Positions 49,517 through 62,626 of a stretch of DNA of 64,000 nt are shown here, one piece after another (the stretch's first letter is position 1; every line of letters starts with the position of its first letter). The stretch is taken from contig QPGO01000063.1 of NCBI GenBank assembly GCA_008632985.1, forward strand, positions 310,001-374,000, given 5' to 3'. The notes below the pieces were generated by a model that worked only from the letters and a program-made list of their open reading frames with translations, had not been told where the DNA came from and did not search any database. The translations under genes and the position numbers were made by a program. Source of the DNA: Psammoneis japonica (Eukaryota).

Positions 49517-52500
49517 TGTGAGAACTAAAACTGATGCTCCACTTGACAACCAAGGCAACAAGAATTTGCAGAGAAAGAGAAGTGACTTGCCTTTGCACCC
49601 CAAACCCAACACAGATGAATGTGGTGCAAAGACTTGTCCTGAACGAGCAGTTTTTGATCACATGAAAGAAGAAAAGAAGTGAGGCTCCACTCTTGTTTTG
49701 AACCCCTGACCTCCAATCTCATCTGTTTCTTGATCCATGATTGGGTGAGTCGTCAATGATGGTCAATGGCGGTTTCTGAGCAGTCATTGTAACATGCAGG
49801 ACTTGGTGGTGTGACGACACATGAACACATGTGTTCTCACACTCCCTCATGCCAAAATGTCTGAGTTGTTGCCAGCCCTGCACAGACAGGCGATGGCAGA
49901 TGAGTGACGATGGGTCTGGCATTTTTGTCAGGAAGTCTGCTTGCTGGAGTTTGGTGCCAACAGCGTCAATCAGGAGACGTCCATTGGCAACTTCAGAGTG
50001 GAAATGGTGATGGACATTGTTGACATGATGCGTTCTTGGATGCATCTTGGGCACCTTTGCAATTTTGAGTGCAGCCAAGTTGTTCTCAAAAGCTTGCAAC
50101 ACAAATGGTTGGCATGGTTGCCACTGGGCAGAACTTCTTGTTCACCTCCTCAAGGAGGTGCACAGATGCTGTGACATGCCCAGCAGCCACTGAGGAGGCC
50201 AGACATTCACTCCCACTGCCACTGAGAGCAAACTGAGTCTGCAGCTTGGATGACCAGCAGAGAGGAGCCCCTCTGCACTCAATGACACAGCCGCAGCAAG
50301 ATTTTGCCATGTTGGGATCCTCAACTGCAATCGTCTTGTCCCAGTTGTGCCCACAAAAGTCAGCATCCACACAGCACTCAAAGCTCTTGGTGCCATCCAG
50401 TGGGACCTGGATGCAGCGGCCCTTGTTGCATGTCAGCAAAAGGTGCCGTCCAAGGCATTTGAGGGGCACACCATGGGATTTCTTTGGATCAGCAGTGAGC
50501 CAAGCCAATTGGTGAGTTGCACATGCAACATCAGGGTGAGTGGACTTCTCTAGGAAGCTGACTTTGCCCATGACCAATCGGCGGTCGAAATCACAATAAA
50601 AAGGTTCACCATCAAGATCAGGCCCAATGAGCCTGGTGGAGAAAGCTGGGAGACCCCCTTGTGGTCACCACCTTCTTTGGCGTGCCATCTTTGTTGACAA
50701 GTCCAAGGTCAATGAGGGTGCTGTCAATGAGATGAGGCTGAGCCAAATGACATCGGTCCTTCTCCCTCTGAATCTTGACTCCAAGATGCTCATCAATGGT
50801 TCCTTCATTCTCCACATCAAATGTGGTTTGCATCAGCTGAGTGACCTCGTCAATGTTGGCAGTGGACTCTTTGTCAAAGACAAGACAATCATCTGTGCAG
50901 ACCAGGAGGACCGTTGTTCCCTTGTGGAAGATGCATTCATCATGCTCCGATGGCAAGAATCTGATTTGCAACAACCCCGCTTGGAGGTGTTTGCGCACCA
51001 GGCACGTCCACTGTCATGTCCGCCACAAATGTTTTTCTCAATGCAGAGACAGAACTCATTGTGATCAATGCCAGGAAATGTCACTCCCTCAGGTGGCTCC
51101 ATGAATGTTGGTCATGGAATGTCTGCCTGTGGATGTGCACAAGGACAAAATCAACTTGTCTTGAATGCCAGCCATGCACAATGCACAGGTGCAGGAACAG
51201 TCAGATTGTTGTCCAAGTTGAGGCAGGTGCATGTGTTTGGTCATGGTGTTTTCCTGGGATCTGTTTGTGTCCACCAAGATTGAGATGACTCTTCCACTTG
51301 TGGACCTCCCTTGTGTCAATTTGGTGCTTGCACTTCATTGACCACACTGTCGGCAAGACAGTCTTGTCATTGAGGACATCAGCTTTCTCACATGACTCCC
51401 AATGGAGGAGCATTCTCTGTTGTCACCTGGGGAATTGCCAGAAGCTTCAATTTCAGTCAAGTGGACAAAAGGACATAAAGATGCTGCAATTGAGTGCAAG
51501 TCTCTGTCCTTGCTAGCCAAATTGAATGTGCGTGCCGACAAGACAGCTGGCCAACATCATGGAAAGTTTCATGGCGATGCACTTTGTGCACCAAGAATGC
51601 CTCATTGCTCTGCCAACCTCCTTCTCAACAACTCCACCATCAGATCCAAGTGCACAAATCAGTTGTGCGGTGCAAAGCTTCATGCCCAGCTCTTGTTCAA
51701 CACATGAAAGATGGAAGCATGGTTGGTCAGAAGAGGTCTTTCAATCCATGGACTGGTTGTCCCACTCTAAACTTGTGTCCAAGAACATCCGGAGGAAAGT
51801 CAGCACTGCAAAGTTGGTTCAGGACCTGCTCCCCACCAACAAGATTGCACATCATTACAATCCCAACCGTCCCGATGCGTGCACTCATTGTTCACACCCG
51901 ATGGAGGACTGGGATCACATCCCAAAGTGTCCCCACAATGAGACATGGCACTGCCAGTTTTTGCAAGGCTTGTGGAAGAAGTGCGACAACATTTGCACTT
52001 CACCTCCCATGCAAGATCTCCTTCCAGCAGCCATTGAAGCATGGTTCCAAGACAAATTGGCACATGCTGACGACCTGCACTGTGGCATCACTGACATCCT
52101 TCGCCTCCGGATTGGCTGGCGACAGATCTTCAATGGCAGATTCTCAGTGCAAAATGGAACATTGCACAATGGGAGCACCTTTGTAGCGCAACCCTTCCTT
52201 CCGATGCCAAGGAGAACACAAAGAGGTTGGATTGGGCAGCCACTGTTGGAAGCTTCATCTGGACTCAGTGGCGGGAGCTTTGGGATCAGCACAATGATGC
52301 GGTTCACGGACACAATGCAGAAATGAAGAAATCAGCTCAAAGGAGAGATGCAAAAGCAGAAGCAAATGCCATTTGCCCCCAATCAAGTGACTGCTTGGCA
52401 GAGGACAGATCCATGTTGTTTGGTTCTGTGGAAGAACATCTCACTCATTCCACTCGCAGATTGAACAATTGGTTGGAAATGGTGAGACCCATGTTCAAGT

Positions 52501-53640
52501 CCAGCATGCGGGAGGTGAAGAGACTGGCTGTGAGGGGCACTCGTGCTGTTGCCAGTCATTTCGGTGTGGCATCACCATCAGGTGATGCTGGTCCAGGCTG
52601 GTCGCTGTGTGCCCCTGCTGCACACATGTGCGCTGGGGGTGTGGGTTAGCTTGTTGCCGGAGTTGCTGGGCGGAATCGCAATGGCACCTTAAAAATGGAT
52701 GTTTGGTTTTGTTTTCTCACATGACTCCCAGTGCTTGTGGGTGGTGTGGTCTTGTGTCTCCTTGACCACAGCCTCCTTCCTTGAATTTGCTGCATCTGGC
52801 TGCTTCACAGCTTCATGCATGTGCACAGTGTCTGGGTCAGCAGAGGCTTTCAAGGAACAAACCACAGGATCATCGAGATCCACCTGGAAATCATGTTCTG
52901 AGCACATGCATTGGTCCAATGTTTTGAATTTGGATCTGCACAACATGACATTGGCATGGCGCTGCAGTTCTGACTCGATCATGCGCTTTGTTGGTTGAAC
53001 AGTGCGTCCAGACCATGTTGCTCTCATTGCTGGCAGAGGCTCTGGTTTGGGTGCTTTGGACTCTGGAAGCAATTCAGGGGTTTCAGATGCTCCCTCATTC
53101 ATCGTGGTTGCATGTCTTTGTCCTCCTCAACCAGCTCCTCTGGAACAGCCACTTCTTTGGGCATTTCAGCAGGTTCGATGTCATGGCGGATGTCATTGCA
53201 ATTCACGGTTCTGGCGCGTGCTGTCGTCTTGGTCTTTTCTTCGACTTGTGGTTGAACTTGTGAGTCTCGAATGAAGTGACAGATCTGTTACAGTGTGTTG
53301 CCAGCAGGACTCAGTCGCGTGTTGAGATTTGAGCATTTCGAACAAATTGTCGAACCTCACATGACACTGTGGCGAGACCATGCCCGCTGAGAGGTTCAAC
53401 ACCAAAGCGACCGACCGACAGTGCCGCGGTGATGGTCCAAGGTGTGGACCAACTCGACAACGAGAGTCGCACTTGGGGACAGCGTTGTTTGACTGCAATT
53501 TGTTGTGCAAAACATAAGACAGGACAAGCGAATGGATGAAAGTGCCGGATTTGCTTGTCACATTTGAATTTTCTTGTGCGAAGCGGCACAAAAAAGTGTG
53601 CGCGCAGTCAAACCCTGTGTCTGCAGAACAGTGTGGCAGG
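49517..53640 (-). mobile_element. 5'-truncated Ty1/copia (integrase C-terminus, RT, RNase H, 3' LTR)
   Basis: HFHPFACPV, RVGPHLGPSPRH, VWSMKCK, VCTDDC (YxDD>CTDD), CVDADFCG, WSSKLQT and QQADFLTK. LTR 49517-49841 is bounded by TGTGAGAAC/GTTCTCACA and preceded by PPT gagggag. Confidence 0.9.
51402..52712 (+). mobile_element. 5'-truncated LINE nested in copia RT
   Basis: 18-bp TSD tttctcacatgactccca (51384-51401, 52713-52730), RNase H end KWTKGH...LNVRADKTA, CCHC finger CTHCSHPMEDWDHIPKC, and a T-rich tail. Confidence 0.88.
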
Positions 53641-53985
53641 ATTAAAAAACTAGATGGACGAACACGTTGATTGGAATGCTGAAGATGTCGTCGGATATAA
53701 GAAGTATTAGCCCCATGTTTATTTTAATAATTGATGCTGTCGCATCGATTATGACTCATTCTAGAGATTCACCAGCAAAGTCACTCAGACCACAGTTCTT
53801 CACGCCGACAGAATGCAACCCAGACAGCATTTCCCGTATTGTTAGATCCACCATATCCTTATACGCAGGCGTACGGCGTATCACCTTTTTTTTCGCGTAA
53901 CGGAGACTGTCCACATGTCGTTCGGCCTCCTCTGTCAGGAGCTTCCGACACTCATTATTAGAAGCATTGAATGTCGTCTTTGCTG

Positions 53986-54963
53986 CTATTGCCTCCCAGT
54001 CAAAGCTCCGTTCAAGAAATAACGGTTTTCATTGAAAGCTTCCCCTCGAAGCAATCGAGATGTTGAATCACGTTTCTCAAGTTTTTTGTCGGCCCAAAGC
54101 GCCATGTTTCGAAGCAACTCCACGGCCTTACCAACACCTTCGTGAAGTCGTCGTTGGTAAGCAGTTGAATTACAAAAGATAGTACTGAATTGGCGATCCA
54201 GATCCAACTGGTGAAGATTTCCATCTTTGTCCATCAGCACTTGAAAGTCATGAGTGAATAATGGCACTGCCTTGATCAGCTCCAGCGTTGTTTTGGCATC
54301 GCGCTCAAGGTTACGAGCAAACTTCTGTACTTCCGTGGGGAAATACTCCAGTTTACGCTGGACAATATCCCAACTTGATCCTTTCACCAACAAATGTGGA
54401 TCCGGCGCAACTTTGACTTTTTGGATCATCACATTCTTGCCAGTGATGTACTTTTCTTCGAGTTGCCTTCTTTTGTTTGCGTTGCGTAGGTTTGAGCTCA
54501 GCAGAGCGGCGGAAGAGTCTGTGATATTCACATAGCTCGGAGGCCCCAAAAGAAAATGGCTTATTCCAAACTCATTCGTGAGATACTGTGATAACTTCCA
54601 TCCTTCTTCCATCTGAACAGTTCGCTCGTTTCCAACGTTGGAGGCGATCAAGTACCCTAGGTGTTTGTCGGCCTTGTCATAAAAGAAGCATTTGACAGCA
54701 CCACAAAGTCCACCAACATCCATGTTCAGTCGATTCCAGTCGAAAGTATCTTCAGAAATGTGAGGCATGGAAATGTTCAAATCACTCTCTTCACTTTCAA
54801 GTGTGGAAAAGTCCAAATCGTTCTCTTCCCTTTGCTGTTGTTGTCCTAAAACACGTGTCTGCAAATGCATCTCTGTCAGAGAAACAAACACGAAAATAAA
54901 GAAAAGCACTACCTGCAGGACGAAAGGGTTTAGTTTGGTTCCTTTTTCTTTGTACAACGACAT
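53986..54963 (-). CDS. Hypothetical type II membrane-anchored protein
   Basis: Intact 325-aa ORF with an N-terminal TM helix, CGAVKCFF and DFQVLMDKDGNLHQLDLDR motifs. Normal Tyr/TpA content. Confidence 0.75.
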   Translation of the reverse strand: MSLYKEKGTKLNPFVLQVVLFFIFVFVSLTEMHLQTRVLGQQQQREENDLDFSTLESEESDLNISMPHISEDTFDWNRLNMDVGGLCGAVKCFFYDKADKHLGYLIASNVGNERTVQMEEGWKLSQYLTNEFGISHFLLGPPSYVNITDSSAALLSSNLRNANKRRQLEEKYITGKNVMIQKVKVAPDPHLLVKGSSWDIVQRKLEYFPTEVQKFARNLERDAKTTLELIKAVPLFTHDFQVLMDKDGNLHQLDLDRQFSTIFCNSTAYQRRLHEGVGKAVELLRNMALWADKKLEKRDSTSRLLRGEAFNENRYFLNGALTGRQ

Positions 54964-55159
54964 CGTTGGCAGCGACTTGACGCTCTTGGTGCCCTTGTGG
55001 ATTAGGAATGAGATGAGAGGGTTGTTACTGTATTACCGCACCGGCAACAATTTTTGTGAGCTATTTCGGCCTTCGAGTTTTGTGAGTCACGGAGCATCTT
55101 TTCAGGATCGCGTCACAAGACTTGCCCCAAGACCCACTGTACGGTACTGTACAGTAAAT

Positions 55160-55384
55160 CGTGCCGACTTCGCGTTTCCCGCGCTTTCTTTTTCTTATAT
55201 ATCGAAAAAAGTGAAGGAGATCAATTTTGAATTTTGTATCGGTCATACTGTACGTACAGTACAATGATACTATCAAGTTGACTCCTGTGAAATATTACCG
55301 GTAAAGACGTACTCTTACATGTACATAAGATTTGATCTCTGTTTTATGATAACGGTCGTGCCGACTGCGCGTTTCCCGCGCTTT
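55160..55384. repeat. 28-bp direct repeat (55160-55187, 55357-55384) containing TTTCCCGC
   Basis: cgtgccgact(t/g)cgcgtttcccgcgcttt occurs twice upstream of the 53986-54963 gene. Confidence 0.7.
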
Positions 55385-55881
55385 TTACTTCAACCCTACA
55401 GGATTCGCAGGGCTACTATGTAGGGCCTAATCTCTAGCTACGAGTAATATAATAGATTCTCTCTAGCTAGCTAGAGTACGCCGTAGCTACTACTGTAGTA
55501 GGTATGAAAAGAACAAAATCACGGCACTAATCCGCGACCAAAACCGGCGGCGCGCGCGACGACTACAGCACTGTAGACCGTAACAACAAGGGGAACACAG
55601 GATCCTCCCCGGTCAAATACATAGCGCCTGCCCCGCAACTGACCCAACCCACCCACGAGTTTGAAATGGCCGTTGTTAAGTAATCCTTCTTGCCCCAAAC
55701 TGACCCACTTATGGGAAACTAATGTTTTAAGATCATAACTGAAAATGATCATAACTTTTATTTAACAAGTTCATGTGAACTCCAGCCGAATTGCGCCATC
55801 GACCAAGGTTTGAAATGTGTGAAAAAGCAAACAAAGTTTCCTCGAGAGCACAACGAGTCAAAACAAAAGCCCAGAATCACC

Positions 55882-57430
55882 ATGGCAACACGAGTTCTGG
55901 TCCCCTTCTCACACAGCAACCGTTGCTTTGATCGCACTCATGCTGACAATGACAACAGTCGTTTCAAAATCAAGCATGGAGCGCCGCTTCCCAGTGCTGC
56001 TGCCATGGCAATGGCAAAGGAAAAGACAGTTGAGGCGGCTGAAAAGATGGGACTGACGATGTCCAACGAGAAGGCTGAAAAATGGCTTGGCACCAGGTGC
56101 TGCGAAAAGAAGAGCAAGCAAAAGCACAATGGAATGCCAGGCAATCTTGGCCGTTTCCTTGTTCTTGTTGGCGACTGCGATTCTTTGTTGATGCTGCATG
56201 AGCATGCACCAAAAAACTGCGCTTCAATGGACCCAAAGAGCATCGTGCTTTTCTGCAAGTGCAAGCGCAACGAGAAAGGCGTTCTTTTACGTGGAGACAA
56301 TGATGAGATTGTGAAAGATGTGCGCGGCACTCCCACCGAATGTGCGGGTGAGTGGAAGGATCCAGATTGTGTCGCCGGCTTGCGCACCGCAGCAAATGCG
56401 CTCCACGAGATTCACGATCAGTGTGGCAAACTCCAGAATCATTGCACTGACTGTGTTCATCTTCCACCAGAGGACCGATTCAAGGGCTGCGATGCACATT
56501 CGGGCCATCCAAAGCTCTGCCGCAAAGGAAGTCCCGTGTTCTCTGAGGTGTGGAACAATTGTCGCATGCAAAACAAGAAGGACGGGGCGAAGCACAAGAG
56601 CCATGGTTGCGAACAATCTCACCCAAGGACACATGCCTGCTCCGAAACCACCTCCTCTCAAGCAACATGATGCAAGGCCTCCAGTTGTTCGTGACAATGC
56701 TCATTGCTGTCCGCCTCTTCCTCCGTCAAGATGAGTTCAGCGACATGGAGATGTCCAATTTCCTCACCACCCTGACTGTCGTGACAGCAACAGGCGTGCA
56801 TGGGTCAGTTGCTGAAATTCAAGGAAAGTCTGATCCACATCCAGTTCGACTTGCATTGTGGGAGGAGGAAGAGTTTCCTGAATTTTGCCCACTTCATCAT
56901 TTGTGGATTTATCTCCATGTGAGCGGCACAAAGGGTGGACACCTGTTTCCAAGTGAAAAGAGCTGGCAAACACACCAGAGGATGGGGTGAGCAAAACCAA
57001 GATAGAACATTGGAAAGTGATGGACACTCTCCAGAAAATGTTTTGCACAGCATTGAACAAGCCCAACGTCAAGCTTGGAACACACAGCTTTCGCAAGATG
57101 GCTCACCTTTTCTGCGCATGGGCTGACGCAACAATGGCGGATGTCATGAAGAGTGCTCGCCACAAGACCCTGAAGCATGCTGAAAAATGCCACATGGATG
57201 CGTTGTCGCCAAAGGACATCGGTGCCATTCATGACGATCCCATGGAGTGCGTCCCTTCCAAGTGGAAGTGTGTCCTACGAGAAAGCGAAGGCAACTTGAG
57301 TCAGACAAATGCCCCTGCAGTTCCATTCCAAAAACCGCTGTCAGTTCGACCCTTGTGTCCGCAGATGTCATTTTTTTGCCCGACACATTGCATTTTCCGA
57401 TTTGGCTCAAAAGTGCATTTGACATGAGGT
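55882..57430 (+). mobile_element. Degenerate tyrosine recombinase, Crypton-like
   Basis: LFLR (Arg), CPL, GTHSFRK (HxxR), ARH and AEKC, where the catalytic Tyr is expected (TGC at 57188-57190). Several frameshifts. Confidence 0.75.
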
Positions 57431-58426
57431 CAAAAATTACCTGCACATGCACTCCGACCTCTGACAAACCACATTCCCCTGCAGGTGCTTGCGACAGTTT
57501 GACTCTTCTTTCATTGTGATGTTCTGCTTTTTGTGATGAAAATGCAGACCATTGAAAATGTGGCCCGGCTGAGCTGACTTGTCCTCTGCAGCAGCTGGCA
57601 ACATTCGTTCTGAAATCTGCGGTGCGCCAGAAATTGCACTCGAACGCCTGGCCACTCACGGTGGCTCACAAAACCGCAACCAATTTCCCATGACTCCATC
57701 ACTCCTCTCCTCACTCTCAAGCCCTGTCATCTCTTTTGGGCCCAATCATGAGGTGATGCGAGTGATGGCCCACCATCAGCAACCCGCTTTTTCCTCACCT
57801 CCTGTGCACACATGAGGGTGCAAACTGGAAAAATTGGGCAAGCAGATCAACTGTTTGGTTCAGAGGATTGACCCCCATTTGGCTTTTTTTGTTTTTGCAC
57901 TCAAACAAGAAAAAACTCTTCTTGTTGCAGCTGCGCAACAATGATTTCTCCGATTGCGTCTCCACAAAGGGGCCAACGGAAAATGTTGGCTCTGCAAAAA
58001 TGCACAGGTGCATCACTGAGGCAAACCAAGGGTGTCTCACACATTGAGCTCATGTGTCAAAGACTGGCAAAGGTGACTTTTGACACATTCTGTGTGCGCG
58101 CCACTCTGTGTTCTTGGCAAGCCAAGAAAATGCTCTGTTCAAAAGCATTTTTACATTGGCCATTCAAAGCAGGCAACTCCACAGTCAAAAAAACCAATCT
58201 TCTGGTGCACACAGCAAACCTGCTGGGCTTGAGCTTTTGTGCAAATGGGCGCCACAACGCTTGCACTCACTGAGCTTCCCCAGCCTGTGCCCTTTCCTCT
58301 TTGCCCCTTGTCTCCTCTGCACTCTTCACTTTACACTTCCACCCCGGCACCCAAGCTCCCCATTTTCCAAATTTCACCACTGACAATGCTTTCATTTGGA
58401 GATCTTTCCAACCACAAAATCCTCAA

Positions 58427-58832
58427 GATGTGCTCCAGCTCTGGGTGGGACCTTGAACCACTGAGCTGCAATGTCAGAGTTTTTTGTCATGTGCTGCAGC
58501 ATGTCATGTGCACACTTTTTCTGTCTGTGATCTTTGACAAAACTGTCCCATGCTCCCTGCTTTGTGAAGCGAAAGGCTTTTTGTTGTGCTCATTTGTGAG
58601 AGAACAAAAGTTTGTGGCATGCACTCTTTGACATCTGAAGAGCACACTTGGGCAAAGTCATGATGACATGCTTCAAGTGTGGGGAAGCTTTTTGCACTTG
58701 CAAAATTGCCTTTTTTTGTTGGCAGTCATCATTTGTGTGTTTGTCACCCAGTGGATTTGCTGCAGAGCTTGCAAGCAGAATTCTGCAGGCCCAAAGTCAT
58801 GCTCAATTGCGCCCAGCAGGGCTGGAAATGCA
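58427..58832 (+). mobile_element. Old copy of MITE family A
   Basis: Colinear with 9607-10013 (ccagctctgggtgggacc...gcagaattctgc.ggccca). TA-free. Confidence 0.75.
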
Positions 58833-61800
58833 CCAGGTGCGAGCCTCTGTTCCATGCTTTGGCGTGTCTGTTGCAAACTTTTTTCAGTCATCATTTGCTT
58901 GGTCCAATGCAAAGATGATGTGTTGAGCAACTGCATTGTGCAGATCATTGTTCAACAAGCACCCAATGTCATTTCTGGCAAATTTCCAATTTTTGCACAA
59001 GCCACACTTCCTTGTGTCATTCGTGCTAAAGTGCAGACCATTGACAGGCAAGAGCCATTTCTTTCGGAGGCCCTTTTCACACATTGCTCCACTTTGTTGC
59101 TCCTTTGCCACCATCAATGACAATGCATCACATGATGAAAGTGCCAATCTTCTCGTGTGGTCCACATTTGTAAAATCTCTCACTTGTGTCTGCTTTTGGT
59201 GAGACAATGTCTCCTCCACACACACGTTGTGCCTGAGCAAAGACCTGAATTTTGTTTGGTCACAAGGGTGGTGTGCAACTGGCAGACTTGTCAGTTGTTG
59301 GTCCAGTTGTTGGAGATGATTGAGGTGCAGAAGAGAGCCAGTGGAGAAACTCCAGATTGCTGGAATCCTGGTGAGATGCCAACATTGAAGACAGGGCAAA
59401 CCTCACATTGGGGTGCTGTTAAAGAAGCTGTCATTGGTCTGCTGAATGAGGGTGTGGCAAGGTTGTGTCAGTGTTGGTGAGCCAGAGTGCAAGGCTGTTG
59501 GCAAGCCATGAAACTCTGACCAAGTCCCAGAAATGTGGGCAAGGACAGAGCTGAGTGTGGAAACACAAAAGATTTAGAGGAACATGGTGCATGACGCCAT
59601 TGACGAGTTGGGGGACAACAGGCAGATGGTTGCATGGAAACCACAAGGAAGATCAGTGAATGCTGTTGGAAGAAAGTTTGGGCCGGAGATGCAGGTGCTG
59701 GTGTCTCTGAGGTGGGAGAACATGCCAAAAGAGCTGGGTTGTCCATTGGGAGACACTGCATCCTCAGAGAAGGATGAGGCAATCTGGGGGAAGCAATGCA
59801 ATCACCATGCAAAACAGAATGCGATCTGCAAGATGCAGAAGGTGAATGTGTTTGACATTGTTGTGGGGCAAGTTTACACTGGGCATTGACACTCATCCCA
59901 ATTCAGCCAAGGAGGTGCTGCAGGTGTTGGACACCACCTGTGGGACCAACAAGAAACCTGATTGCACAAGTTTTGTGCAGAATGAGAAGACCAAGGTAGA
60001 TTAAATGCTGGAAATGCAAAATGAGGTTGGGCATGTGAGAAAGGATTGTCCAGACAATGATCATCCATTGGTGGAGTCAGACAACATGGACTGCAGGAAT
60101 TGACAGAACAGTTGACATGGTGTTGGGTGGCATGGATTCCAAGTGTCATCTTCCTGTGCTTGACACACATGAGGTGGTCAATCAATTGACGGCTTGTGCA
60201 AACAAGTGTGTTGGAACATTGGCATCAGAGGCAGTTTTTGCAGGACAGACAGACAAAGTTGTTGTGGAAAGCACGCTGATGATTGTGGACAATTGTTCAG
60301 CAAGTTTGCATTCCTGGCTTGGATTAAGTTGGGGGTCTTGTGCACACATTTTAGCTTCTGCACCCAGTTGACATGGTGACAGTGGTTGATGGCATCAGGA
60401 ATGTACATTTGATTGTGTTGAAGTCCACACACATTTAAATGTTTTGCCATCAAGTGCTTTTTTGGCAGGAAAACAATTGCATGAACACAATGTTGTGCAA
60501 GAACATCAACTGATCCTCACAAAAACTCTTTTCTGACTTCCACTTGTGGTCAGAGAGTGATCCGCACAAGTGCAAGAAATCTGACGCCATTTTTCCTTGA
60601 AGTTGATTGAGAGGATTCCATGTGTCTTGCTGCCAAGCATGGCAGGCATGTTGAGTTGGAACCTTCACCTGACACAGGAGGAGCTTGTCATCAATTGAGC
60701 ACTCCTCTGGGTTTTGATGCTGCCCACAGTGTGGGCAATGCACATGATTCTGAGCATGTGTTGATGGAGGCAAATGCAGACACTGGCAACAAGTGTGGAT
60801 GCATCCAAGCACTGCTTGCCTCCAGAGAGGATGTGCTTGCTGTCATCAACTCATTTTCTTCCTTGGAATGAGCAGCACATGCAATCATCAGGAATTTCAT
60901 TGAAGGTGAGGACTGAGGTGAAGAAGAAACTGAGGAGGAAGTTGCAGCAGCAGCAGCTGGCAGTTGGACTGGCCCATTGGTGCCTTCCATTGTGCAACTC
61001 ACATTCAAACTGAGTGCCTTGCAAAGGGAGACAACTGAGAGCAGCAGCAAGGCCATGGACAACAAGAAGGATGAGGAGCTCATGCACCACCCAGATGTTG
61101 TGGCTGTTGGCACCATGACCAGATCAACTTGGCACTGCTTGGCCATGACAACCAAAATGTCAAAGCATGCTCATGACACCCATGTCTGTCTTGTTTTCAC
61201 AATGAGCACACAACAAATTGCACTGTCTCTTCCTTTGTTCTAAAGAGGAGAACAGATGCTGGTGACTGTAACAAATCCGCAAAGCACTGCAAAACTTTTT
61301 AGTCTGAGAAGGCAGGAGACATGAAGCCCACCACAAGGAACACCTGCTTGTCTTGGCAACAACTGGAGGCCAAGGCAACACATTTGGCAAAACCAACCCA
61401 AGGCAAGCCAGAGCCAGATTAAAGTTGTTGCAAGGACTTGTGCATTCTGAAAAGAGCTGGCTCTACATTTGCTCTGATGATGGCCATTTGCATGATTTGC
61501 TGTTAGAGTCCTTGAGACATGCAAACAAGACAGCAAGACTGACATTCACAAAAAGATCTTGGAGTGTGTGTGATGCAACACATTGCACAAATGAAAGGTG
61601 TGACATTGTCATCAAAGGAGGCAGAAGCTGAGACATCACAGCTGATGGATGAACTGGTGGGTGCCACTTGCAACTTTGCCAAGAGAGCTGCAGGAGAACC
61701 AAAACCATGCAGTTTCTCTCCCCAAGCTCATGCAGATGGCCTTGGCAGAGCCCTGGCACCTGCCCAAGGAGAGGGCATTCCCAAGGATTTGGGTTCTTTG

Positions 61801-62175
61801 GGATCAGTTGTGAAGCTCAGATCTGACTTCTGCTTTGACCCCATGATGCATGCTGAGTGTGCAAATGTGCCTCATGTGCAAATGACGACCAATGATTCAT
61901 GCACCTCTGATCACTGGCTTGCCTGGCTGGAGACGCCCCCCAGGTCAAAGGTCATGGTCAGAGGCAAACAAAACAGAAGCAGGTACTGCGCACAAAAAAC
62001 TGGTCAGTCTTCTTCCAACCAGTCTGTTCTCTTGTAAAAGAAAACTTTGCAAAATGACTTTCAGAGTGGCTTCCCATTGTTTGACATGCAAACCCAGTCT
62101 GCAAGCATCAGTGAGAAGGTCAATTTAGATCTTGGTGAAAACAGCTGGACAAATGAACGTTGCAACACAGTGCAA

Positions 62176-62531
62176 CAGTGTTTCCCGAATGTGCATTTTG
62201 GTCGGACCAAATTGGCATTTTGGTCAAACCAAAATGCTTTTGTCGACCAAATTGCCAGACCGACCTGATCAATTTGGTTGACCAAATTGACATTTGCAAA
62301 ATCTCGACCAAATTCATTTCATGCACATTTCCACACAAACAATGCCAACACAGCTTCTACGAAATTTGCATGGCATGTGTCGACATGCGCATTTTGCCAA
62401 ATTTCCCCAACCAAAATGACATTTTTGGGAAACAAAATCATTTTGGTCGCGAGCATCAAATTTGTCAACAAACTTGGTCTGACCAAAATGCCAATTTGGT
62501 CGACCAAAAAATGCACATTCGGGAAACACTG
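62176..62531. mobile_element. MITE with CAGTGTTTCCCGAATGTGCATTTT TIRs and internal ttggtc/gaccaa repeats (hAT-like ends)
   Basis: Clear terminal inverted repeats. No matching TSD seen. Confidence 0.8.
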
Positions 62532-62626
62532 ATGGGGGGGGCAAGTGGCACATTGCCATTTTCTAAGAAAAATGAATGAATGCTGCCATGACAGCTGAGA
62601 ATTGGGTGCAAGACAAGACAGAGTGT

